This document shows positions 37,789-46,412 of a stretch of DNA of 64,000 nt, one piece after another. The notes beneath the pieces were generated by a model that saw nothing but the letters and a program-made list of their open reading frames with translations, was not told the DNA's origin and ran no database searches. This DNA is from Candidatus Anderseniibacteriota bacterium (lineage in GTDB: Bacteria; Patescibacteriota; Andersenbacteria; UBA10190). The position numbers and the translations under genes were made by a program. Numbering within the stretch: position 1 is the first letter of the stretch; each line of letters starts with the position of its first letter. The stretch is from assembly GCA_040900375.1 (NCBI GenBank), contig JBBDZC010000003.1, positions 586 to 64,585 on the forward strand, read 5' to 3'.

Positions 37789-39207
37789 TCATGATAACAT
37801 AGTCTCTGTCTCTGCCAGCGCGACGGCTGAATATTTTGTCAAAGGCAGCGTGACAAAAAAATGAGAACCATTGCCTTCTTGTGACTCAAACCAAATTTTA
37901 CCGCTGGCATATTCCAGCAACGTCTTGACTAAGTATAACCCCAAACCCATGCCATCATTATGATAATTCTTGACATTACTAGCCCGGAACAGCTTTTCAA
38001 AAATTTTTGCCTGATCTTTTTGCGGAATTCCGCAACCGCTATCAGTAACTTCAATCTGCAAGATAGTTTCTGCTTTGCTGGTTGCCGAGGGTTGCAACGC
38101 TATTTTGAGAAAAACGCCTGTCTCGCGATCAGTATATTTAATAGCGTTACTAAGCAAAGTCTGTAAAATAATCCGGAGGAGCTTAGGATTAACGTAGACC
38201 TGTTCTTGGATGGTCGCTACTTGCTTTTCTAATCGTAAATTTTTTTCGGTAATCTGTGGCTGTAACTCTTTGACCACACTTTCTACTAGTTCTGGTACAT
38301 CACATGTAACTGGTTTAAGATTAAAAGTTTTCAACTGCACCCGCGAAACATTCAATAAGGCCTGCACTAACTGGGCCATTCGTTTACTACTCTCATGCAC
38401 CGTTGCTAAATATTTTTCTTGTAGCGGTGTGATCCTGCCTGTCTTGCCATGCAATATTCTTTCGACATACCAGTTAATAGTCGTGAGCGGAGTTCGGAGT
38501 TGGTGGGAAGCCAGAGAAATAAAATCAGTTTTTGCCTGCTCCAATTCTTGTTCACGACTGACGTCGCGGATAACTTGAATCGCCCCAATAATTTCCTGTC
38601 CCTGCAAAACTGGTGTGGCAGTAATCATTAAGGGAATACGACTGCCATCCTGGTGCTGACAATAAACTGCTGTTTGTGATACTTTTTTACCTATTATCAG
38701 CGCCCGATAAAGCGCTTGAGCTGTAAAAGGAATAAGACGATCATGGGCATCAAAAAGTTGTACAACCTCGGCAGTCTTCTGGCCAACGATGGTCGATACC
38801 GCCCGACCAAGGATAGCGGCCGCCACCCGATTAACAATGACCACGTACTGATTAACATCAATAACCATTAAACCCTCACCCGCACTTTGTAACACTGCCT
38901 CAATGTTTAATTTAGCTTCTGCTAGATTATTTTTTTCCTGGGTAAGTGCATCGAGGACAATATTTTTTTCCTGCACCCGGCGATCAAGAGTTGCATTGGC
39001 AGCTTCCAGCTGGGCTATCTTTTCTCGAAGAGCTTCGAGCATGACCTGAATGCCGACATACAATTCAGTAAATTCATCTTTCTCCCCGGGAATAGGGATA
39101 TCTTCAGAAAAATTACCAACAGAAGCCTGGGTAAAGACATGATTAAGATAGGCTAAACGCTGCTTAATAACCCTCTGATTTAAAGGTGATGAGCGCTTAC
39201 GGGACAT
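37789..39207 (-). CDS. Soluble PAS-domain sensor histidine kinase
   Basis: ASHQLRTPLT, NAIKY, DSGCGI and GMGLGL motifs. Confidence 0.94.
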   Translation of the reverse strand: MSRKRSSPLNQRVIKQRLAYLNHVFTQASVGNFSEDIPIPGEKDEFTELYVGIQVMLEALREKIAQLEAANATLDRRVQEKNIVLDALTQEKNNLAEAKLNIEAVLQSAGEGLMVIDVNQYVVIVNRVAAAILGRAVSTIVGQKTAEVVQLFDAHDRLIPFTAQALYRALIIGKKVSQTAVYCQHQDGSRIPLMITATPVLQGQEIIGAIQVIRDVSREQELEQAKTDFISLASHQLRTPLTTINWYVERILHGKTGRITPLQEKYLATVHESSKRMAQLVQALLNVSRVQLKTFNLKPVTCDVPELVESVVKELQPQITEKNLRLEKQVATIQEQVYVNPKLLRIILQTLLSNAIKYTDRETGVFLKIALQPSATSKAETILQIEVTDSGCGIPQKDQAKIFEKLFRASNVKNYHNDGMGLGLYLVKTLLEYASGKIWFESQEGNGSHFFVTLPLTKYSAVALAETETMLS

Positions 39208-39261
39208 TCCTTAGTAGTAACAGGACTACGACCGCCTTAGGGTCATGCGCCTCTAATTTTG

Positions 39262-39289
39262 TTGACAAAATTAATATTAATGGTAACAT
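39262..39289 (+). promoter_or_regulatory. Sigma70-type promoter
   Basis: TTGACA-16 bp-TAACAT with TGn; spacer contains the palindrome TTAATATTAA. Confidence 0.55.
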
Positions 39290-39386
39290 GCGCTAACCCT
39301 CCTTATGCCTGCATTCCTTACCTAGCCATAGCCAAGATATAAAATCTCCTTTACCTTCAGAGTACAAAACTAGCCCCCTTATCACA

Positions 39387-40415
39387 ATGAGAAAGAATAA
39401 TCATTCCCCTCTCAACCAAGCCCTGTTGCCCAACAATTACCCCACCAAACCGCTTCAAAAGCTAGTGGTCATTATTCCTGCCTTAAATGAAGCGGTCACC
39501 ATTAGCGCAGTTATTAACGGTATTCCTCACACCATTCAAGGCATATCAACCATTGAAGTAGTAGTGATTGATGATGGCTCAGTCGACCAAACTTCAACTC
39601 TGGCGCGCACGGCAGGCGCCGAGGTCATTCGCCATAAGCGTAATTTAGGCCTTGGTGCCGCTTTTCGTACCGGGATTAACGAAGCGCTGCGCCGCGGCGC
39701 GGATATTATTGTGAACATGGATAGTGACGGACAATTTGACCCTCGGGATATTCCCCGCCTAATCACCTTGATTCAAAATGGCATGGCTGACTTTGTCACC
39801 ACCACTCGCTTTGCTAAGCCAGAATACTTGCCCGATATGCCGGCCATCAAACTTTTTGGCAATCGCTGGATGACCAGAATTGTTAATTTTCTCACCGCCA
39901 AAAAATTTACTGATGTCTCGTGTGGCTTCCGAGCTTACTCTCGCGAGGCAGCTCTGAAGCTAACCCTCTTCGGCCGATTTACCTACACGCAAGAAACTTT
40001 CATTGATTTAGCTTACAAAGATATCAGTATGGCCGAAGTGCCGCTCCGCGTCCGCGGGCAACGGCAGCATGGTCGCTCACGTATTGCTGGTAGCCTCTGG
40101 CGGTATGGTATTAAGTCCGCTTCAATCATTTTCCGCGCGGCGCGTGACTATCAACCTCTTTACTTCTTTGGTATCCCGGGCGTGCTGATTTTTTTCTGCG
40201 GCATTATCGCCGGAATTTTTCTTGTTATTCACTATGTCCAAACTGGGCAGACTCATCCGTATCGTTCGCTGGTCCAGATCTCCGGCATCTTAATTATTGT
40301 GGGTTTCCTTCTCCTTTTTATTTCTCTGCTCGCCGACATGCTCCACCGTAACCGTGTTTTAATGGATGAATCTTTATACTACAACCGCAAAAAGGCCTTT
40401 GATCGGCATGAGTAA
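39387..40415 (+). CDS. GT2 polyprenol-phosphate glycosyltransferase-like protein with two C-terminal TM helices
   Basis: IPALNE, DDGSVD, DSDGQF and DVSCGFRAY motifs. Confidence 0.9.
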   Translation: MRKNNHSPLNQALLPNNYPTKPLQKLVVIIPALNEAVTISAVINGIPHTIQGISTIEVVVIDDGSVDQTSTLARTAGAEVIRHKRNLGLGAAFRTGINEALRRGADIIVNMDSDGQFDPRDIPRLITLIQNGMADFVTTTRFAKPEYLPDMPAIKLFGNRWMTRIVNFLTAKKFTDVSCGFRAYSREAALKLTLFGRFTYTQETFIDLAYKDISMAEVPLRVRGQRQHGRSRIAGSLWRYGIKSASIIFRAARDYQPLYFFGIPGVLIFFCGIIAGIFLVIHYVQTGQTHPYRSLVQISGILIIVGFLLLFISLLADMLHRNRVLMDESLYYNRKKAFDRHE

Positions 40416-41499
40416 GGATGTTGTCTCTCGTGTTTTATTTGTCACCCGGGCAAAAAACAACCAGGCGGGCGGGATGGAACGGCTAAGCCATGAGTTAATT
40501 AAGGCTATAACGCATACTAATTTAGCTGTTGACGTAATCGCTCACTACGGCCGCCGTTACACTGCTCCCCTCTTCGTTATCACCTGCCTGCCCCGGGTTT
40601 GGCGCCAGGCAAAAAAAGCCGACGTGGTGCATATCGGCGATCCCTTGTTAGCACTTGTTGGTTGGGTCGTAAAGAAATTTCTCCACAAGCCGGTCGTTAT
40701 GACTGTGCACGGCCTCGATGTTACCTATCCTCATCCTCTCTATCAATTATATTTACAAATCTTTCTGCCATCAGCCGATCAGTATATTGCCATCAGCCGT
40801 CATGTGAAAAGTCTGCTGCGCCGCCGCGGTTTAGGTCAGCGTGTCACCGTGATACCACCCGGCATAACTGACAAGCTTTATAACCCTCACTATACTCGCC
40901 AAGATTTAAGTCATGTACTCGGCAGTAACCTCGCCAACAAAGTAGTGCTGCTCACTACCGGTCGCTTGGTACCGCGCAAGGGACACGCGTGGTTTATTAC
41001 CCACGTTCTCCCCACTCTTCCCTCTCATGTAGTCTATGTGATTGCAGGTGAAGGACAAGAGAAAGATCATATTATCAGGGTCAGTAAGCGCGCCGGCCTC
41101 CACGAACGCGTGCATGTCCTCGGCCGAGTAACCGATGAAGCCCTGGCGATCCTGACTAATACTAGTGATGCTTTTGTTCAACCTAATATTGCTATCGAGG
41201 GTGATACGGAAGGCTTTGGCCTCGTTTTACTTGAGGCGGCCATCTGCGCCCGGCCTGTCTTTGCCGCTAATCTTGAAGGCATTCCCGATGCAATTACCCC
41301 CGGTAAAAACGGCGTCCTCCTGCCAAGTGGTAACAAGCAGGCCTGGATAGTCGCCTTGGAAAAGTTTATTGCTACGCCTCACCAACATGTGCCCACCGGC
41401 ATGGAGGCACGGCAATACACCTATAACTATTTTGCCTGGCAAAAAATAGTCGAGCAATATCGTACGGTCTTTAGTACCGTCACGATGCCCGTCTCATAA
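40408..41499 (+). CDS. GT4 glycosyltransferase
   Basis: GGME, GRLVPRKG and EGFGLVLLEA motifs; ATG overlaps the upstream stop. Confidence 0.92.
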   Translation: MSKDVVSRVLFVTRAKNNQAGGMERLSHELIKAITHTNLAVDVIAHYGRRYTAPLFVITCLPRVWRQAKKADVVHIGDPLLALVGWVVKKFLHKPVVMTVHGLDVTYPHPLYQLYLQIFLPSADQYIAISRHVKSLLRRRGLGQRVTVIPPGITDKLYNPHYTRQDLSHVLGSNLANKVVLLTTGRLVPRKGHAWFITHVLPTLPSHVVYVIAGEGQEKDHIIRVSKRAGLHERVHVLGRVTDEALAILTNTSDAFVQPNIAIEGDTEGFGLVLLEAAICARPVFAANLEGIPDAITPGKNGVLLPSGNKQAWIVALEKFIATPHQHVPTGMEARQYTYNYFAWQKIVEQYRTVFSTVTMPVS

Positions 41500-41541
41500 T
41501 CCAGTTGTCTTCTCTTGGGCAGCGGACCAAGCTCGCTGGCT

Positions 41542-42156
41542 CTACCGCCGCTGGGCACATGTAATGTTATATGACAATGGCATAGTAGTATTTTTTTCTC
41601 GCCACCGGCGATAAGAATATAGGCTAACATTTTCGTAAGTACACCGCGGATCGGAAAAAATTATTTTTGGCGCTACCTGCCATTGCTTTAGATAGTGCAT
41701 TACTACTTTCTGGAGGGAAATACGAACACAGTCAGTCTGTTCCCATGCATAGGGAAAAAGCTGGTGAAATTTTTCTATCTCCTCTCCTAGGTTCTGAAAA
41801 GTAAAATGCTGCGCACATATATGAGGACCAATAAACACTCCGGTAATAGTGGTCGGTGGAAGAAATTGCACTACTCTTTCCAGCTGTTCTACTATCAGCG
41901 ACTTGCGACTAACGTGCAGGGCTAAGACACCCATCGGCGACGCCAGTATTAAGGGCAAACAATCAGCCGATAGAATACCAACTACAACATTGGTTGTTGG
42001 AATCCACGCTCCATCTGCAACCGGTCGCATTACCGAGTAACTTTTAATGGTAGCAATTTTTGCGCCGTGAACCTGTCGTAAGAAAACCGTGTTCACTGGC
42101 AGTCCTTCCAAAGTCCCGATGTTCACGCGCACATCACTGAGTTCAACTGACGTCAT
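41542..42156 (-). CDS. YfiH/PgeF family protein, divergent
   Basis: QVHG, SADCLP, IGPHIC, CTYE and SYRR motifs. Confidence 0.85.
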   Translation of the reverse strand: MTSVELSDVRVNIGTLEGLPVNTVFLRQVHGAKIATIKSYSVMRPVADGAWIPTTNVVVGILSADCLPLILASPMGVLALHVSRKSLIVEQLERVVQFLPPTTITGVFIGPHICAQHFTFQNLGEEIEKFHQLFPYAWEQTDCVRISLQKVVMHYLKQWQVAPKIIFSDPRCTYENVSLYSYRRWREKNTTMPLSYNITCAQRR

Positions 42157-43940
42157 TTAAGCGAATAAATTGTCAGTTCGGGTGAATGGTATGCCGGCTC
42201 GAGCGGCGGAAGCGCCCACAACTCTTGCTGCGCAGCAGTCAGGACTAGATAATCAGCGTGCGACAGCGCTACGGCCTGGGCCCCTCGATCCCCCGAAAAA
42301 GCTGCTTCCACCGTCCTCCCTAGTTCATCTTCAGGAGACAACCAATACGCTGTCCGCAGCAGCGTCCGACCAGTAAAAATTGGGATTGACCAGGGTGGTT
42401 GAGGTGAACTTAAGAAAATCGCATCTGCTGCAGTATGATCTTGTATCCATTCGAGTGCAAGGCGGTCCGTTAAAGTAATAGCTTGCTGATCTTTAAACAG
42501 TAAATGGTCAAAGGCACTTAAGACACTGCTCCCCGCCGGTAAAGAAAAAATGGCAAACAACACTACCACACTACCAATCCCTATGAACCACTCGCTCGGT
42601 GAACGCGTACTCAACAGAAGCAAGCGGCGGCATAGAAACCAGCCTCGTACTATGAGCAAAAGAAGAAGAGGAAAGCCAGCCAGCAAGGCATGGTACATAA
42701 AGCGAGAGGCATTTTCGACAATAATATTTCTGGTAGAGAAAAGGAAAGTAAAAACTGCCGCTAAACACAGCGCGACACTTACTACCGCCAGGTAGTGGTG
42801 CCGGCCAAGTTGTAACCAGATGCCTGCCAGGAGAAGCAACACTACCGGCGCTAAGCGGAGCATATCAAGCGCTGCCGTATAAGAAAAATGCGGCAAGCCA
42901 AAGGCTGCATTACCAGGCATCACCACTACAAATAAAATTCCTGTTAACACAGCGGCCCCTAAATATCGGCTGCGGGTGGCCACTGTCTGACGGCGGTCAA
43001 TAATATACCCACCACAGAATACTAGCCAGGCGATTGTGGCGGCGGTACCAGTGACCGCATTAGCAAGCAGCAGCACTAAAGTAGTTACCCCGGCGATAGC
43101 TACTGCCAACCTGGCTTGGAGCAGTGAAAATTTATTAGCCGCTACAAGTAGGCATATCTGCCAGAGAAACAAATTTGTCAGGAAAAAATGACTTTGGGGA
43201 TAAATGTAGTTATCCCAAGCCAACATCAGAATATACAAGACGATACCGGCTTCAAGCGCCAATATAATTCCGCGGTTAGAGACACCCAGCCAGGTATTAG
43301 CCGGGAGTGATTTAGGCAAAAAGAGATCTCCCAGTAAAAAGAAAAGGGGGATAGTAATAACTAGTTGGGCTAATGTTATAAACGGCAAAAAATGAACCCA
43401 ATCAAAAATGATACCAGCTTGGGTGAACCAGTCCGCGACTGCTCCATGGAGTAAGGTGGGGTATTCTAAATCACCATTACCAGCAAAAGGATTTTGCTTA
43501 AGCAAACCATCGGTTATCTGTGAGCGTTGGACTAAACTAATGAAAGTTGCTGTGTCTCCATTATAAAACCCATGAGTAACCCAGTTTGATCCGATAAAAC
43601 CATTGACGCTACCCACAACCCACGCGCTACCCAAGACAGCCACGAGAACTACCAAAACTGCTAACTCGGCGCCGGCCTGTTTAGTAACTACCCCGGGCCC
43701 TCGCCACTTTCTTATTTGTGTCAGCCAAAGACTCAAGAAAAATAATGCGCCAATAAAGAAAACTAATTGAATGCTCGCCCCAATAAAAAACTCCCGATGA
43801 ACGAGCGCTATAAGTAACCAATGAACTTCAAATAGAGCCCCCGTAGCGGCGATAAATGTCACCAGCCGCTCCGATCGCATAATACTGCCGGCTGCTATCC
43901 CCGAGGCTAATAGTATCACTACCGCAGTCAATAAAAGCAT
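42153..43940 (-). CDS. Polytopic membrane protein, GT-C-like
   Basis: Many TM helices, an early loop with NGD...NPF...YP, and a soluble C-terminal domain (ALEWIQDHT). Confidence 0.6.
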   Translation of the reverse strand: MLLLTAVVILLASGIAAGSIMRSERLVTFIAATGALFEVHWLLIALVHREFFIGASIQLVFFIGALFFLSLWLTQIRKWRGPGVVTKQAGAELAVLVVLVAVLGSAWVVGSVNGFIGSNWVTHGFYNGDTATFISLVQRSQITDGLLKQNPFAGNGDLEYPTLLHGAVADWFTQAGIIFDWVHFLPFITLAQLVITIPLFFLLGDLFLPKSLPANTWLGVSNRGIILALEAGIVLYILMLAWDNYIYPQSHFFLTNLFLWQICLLVAANKFSLLQARLAVAIAGVTTLVLLLANAVTGTAATIAWLVFCGGYIIDRRQTVATRSRYLGAAVLTGILFVVVMPGNAAFGLPHFSYTAALDMLRLAPVVLLLLAGIWLQLGRHHYLAVVSVALCLAAVFTFLFSTRNIIVENASRFMYHALLAGFPLLLLLIVRGWFLCRRLLLLSTRSPSEWFIGIGSVVVLFAIFSLPAGSSVLSAFDHLLFKDQQAITLTDRLALEWIQDHTAADAIFLSSPQPPWSIPIFTGRTLLRTAYWLSPEDELGRTVEAAFSGDRGAQAVALSHADYLVLTAAQQELWALPPLEPAYHSPELTIYSLK

Positions 43941-43976
43941 AAGCTAAATATACATGAAAAAAGGGGCAAATATAGA

Positions 43977-44010
43977 ACTAGTCCCTCTGATAATGCAAAT
44001 AGGGACTAGT
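43977..44010 (-). terminator. Probable terminator hairpin
   Basis: ACTAGTCCCT...AGGGACTAGT 10-bp stem downstream of the GlsB-family gene. Confidence 0.55.
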
Positions 44011-44043
44011 CCAAGGAGCGGGGTAATTTTTAGAGTGGGTGTA

Positions 44044-44292
44044 TTATGTTCTCCGTACTAAGCTAATAAGAAAGAGGAGAATAATGGCACCAATGGTAGC
44101 CACAATAATTTGACCAATTACACTCTCACCGCCCCCGACTCCCAATTGACCAAACAAGAAGCTACCCAGTAGAGCACCGAGGATACCGACAATAACGTTA
44201 CCTATCACTCCAAATCCTCTACCTTTCATGATCAAGCCCGCTAACCAGCCGGCAATTGCACCGATAATAAGTGCCCAGATAAGAGCTGGCAT
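44044..44292 (-). CDS. GlsB/YeaQ/YmgE (transglycosylase-associated) small membrane protein
   Basis: IIGAIAGWLA...GFGVIGNVIVGILGA...IVATIGAIILL; SD AAGGAGGTG favours ATG 44292. Confidence 0.92.
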   Translation of the reverse strand: MPALIWALIIGAIAGWLAGLIMKGRGFGVIGNVIVGILGALLGSFLFGQLGVGGGESVIGQIIVATIGAIILLFLISLVRRT

Positions 44293-44474
44293 ATTCATCA
44301 CCTCCTTAGCTTGGTTTCTATAATGAAGTTCAACACAGCATTCTCTCTTTTTAGTTTTCCTGTAGATTATTAAAAGCGCTAGGTCTTTACAAACTAACTG
44401 ATTCTTTATTTGTTATCAGTTATACGCTAGCCTGGAGGCATACCTAATTGCCACTTTCCTATGCAAGAGTCTCC

Positions 44475-45206
44475 ATGAAAACATCACTTATTATTCCGGC
44501 GTATAATGAGGAACACCGCTTAGAACCATTCTTAGAATCTATCCGAATCTATCTGCAACATCACCGCTCTGATATTTATGAGATTATTATTATTGATGAT
44601 GGTAGCACCGACGCTACCGCTAATATTGCCAAAAAATACCAACGATCATTGCCAATGCTCCGCCTCCTACAACATCCTACTAACCAAGGCAAAGGTGCCG
44701 CCGTGCAAACAGGTGTGTTAACGGCCCGCGGCGACTACCTCATTTTTATTGACGCTGATGGGGCCACTGATATTTCCGAGCTGCCGAAAATGTTAGCGGC
44801 TCTAGCCACTGCTCCCATTGCTATTGGTAATCGTTGGTTACCCGGCGCTCAAACTATTCGCCATACATGGCTGCGCCGATTAGCTGGTTGGGTTTACCGC
44901 ACCTACATGCGGCTCTACGGTCTAGGCCGCATTGATACTATGTGTGGTTTCAAAGGTTATCACCGCCCAGTTGCGCGTGAATTATTCACTGCTCTACAAG
45001 AAAAAAGATGGTTATTTGACACCGAGATTGCCTACCGAGCTGTCCATCAAGGTTACCTGATTAAAAATTTTCCTATCCGTTGGGAATCTAAAGATGGCAG
45101 TAAACTAGCCAGCAGCGCTTTACTGAAAACAGCGTTTAGGATCTGGCCTCTCATCAGGCGCCTCAAGAAAAAGAAGCACAAGGCAGCGCCAGCTTCAACA
45201 ACTTGA
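44475..45206 (+). CDS. GT2 dolichyl/polyprenyl-phosphate glucosyltransferase-like protein
   Basis: IPAYNEE, DDGSTD, NQGKGAAV, DADGAT, DTMCGFK and FDTE motifs. Confidence 0.9.
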   Translation: MKTSLIIPAYNEEHRLEPFLESIRIYLQHHRSDIYEIIIIDDGSTDATANIAKKYQRSLPMLRLLQHPTNQGKGAAVQTGVLTARGDYLIFIDADGATDISELPKMLAALATAPIAIGNRWLPGAQTIRHTWLRRLAGWVYRTYMRLYGLGRIDTMCGFKGYHRPVARELFTALQEKRWLFDTEIAYRAVHQGYLIKNFPIRWESKDGSKLASSALLKTAFRIWPLIRRLKKKKHKAAPASTT

Positions 45207-45260
45207 TCTTTCTCGAGCTTTAGGGTACCAATCATAATTTCGCGCATAATAGAGCTACCT

Positions 45261-46412
45261 ATGCGAATTACTTTTGTTACCACCCAAAGTACCGCTGGCT
45301 CCACGATCATTGGCCGCATTTTCCCTCTCGCCCGCTCTTTGAGTACCACACATGATATTCATCTCCTAGGGTTAGGGAAGGCTGATCGAATAGATCCTGG
45401 GCTTGCCTGGCACACTGTCGGACGTGAGCCGTGGAGACGCAGCCCTCATGGCAAAATACGATATCGAGGAGTGCGTCTTATCTTGAATATGATGCTCACC
45501 GCGTGTCGGATTGCTTATAAACTCCATCAGTTGCAGCCCGACACCATTATCATCGTCAAACCCCTGCCCGCTAATGTTCTTGGCGTGAAGATGTACCACA
45601 TCATTCATTCCCACACGCCCATTATTTTAGATACCGACGATTTTGAATTACTAAGTAACCATCTGACTTCGCTCATGCAACGGGCAAGTATTCACTGGTC
45701 TGAGCGAACCAGCGTCGCCTTAGCTCGTGTTACTATTGCGGCAACGCCTTTCTTAGTCGACCACTTTTGTGCACTTGATCCCTCTAATCATTCTGTAGTT
45801 CTCATCCCCACCGGCTACACGCCAGTGCGCACCACTCTCCCCTCTCCATCAACCTCGACACCAACCCTGCTCTACTTGGGCAGTATTTCGCTTGGCTCGG
45901 GCCACCGCGTTGATCTCCTGCCAGAAATTCTTACTCTCGTTAAACAACAAGAGCCGGATATCCGATTAATCATCGCCGGTACGGGCGATGATGTGGAAGA
46001 ATTAAAGGCTCTATTCGCGTCCGCCAATCTCCTGCCGATAGTAGAGTGGTTCGGCCGCTTTACGTCTGACAACGTTCCTACCCTGATTGCCCGGGCCCAC
46101 GTTCTTGTTGATCCCGTGGGCGGAAGTATTACTGAACGCGCTAAAAGCAGTTTTCGGGTCGCCGCCGCGGCCGCTTATGGTATACCCATCGTTACCAGCA
46201 ACATCGGCATCCGTCCCTATTTTCTGCCCCCCGCTCTCGCGGAGCAGTGCTTCGCAGAACCCAACCAGGCGCACGATTACGCCACAAAAATAGTCAGCCT
46301 CTTACGCCAGCCACTTTCGGCCCAGCAAAAACAAGGCCTGCAACAAAAATCTGCCTCGTATGAGTGGTCTGTCCTTGCCGCCCAGTATAATAAATATATT
46401 ACCTCGCCCTAA
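45261..46412 (+). CDS. GT4-like glycosyltransferase, divergent
   Basis: GT-B architecture; LDTDD, LIIAGTG and GIPIVTSNIG segments. Confidence 0.75.
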   Translation: MRITFVTTQSTAGSTIIGRIFPLARSLSTTHDIHLLGLGKADRIDPGLAWHTVGREPWRRSPHGKIRYRGVRLILNMMLTACRIAYKLHQLQPDTIIIVKPLPANVLGVKMYHIIHSHTPIILDTDDFELLSNHLTSLMQRASIHWSERTSVALARVTIAATPFLVDHFCALDPSNHSVVLIPTGYTPVRTTLPSPSTSTPTLLYLGSISLGSGHRVDLLPEILTLVKQQEPDIRLIIAGTGDDVEELKALFASANLLPIVEWFGRFTSDNVPTLIARAHVLVDPVGGSITERAKSSFRVAAAAAYGIPIVTSNIGIRPYFLPPALAEQCFAEPNQAHDYATKIVSLLRQPLSAQQKQGLQQKSASYEWSVLAAQYNKYITSP

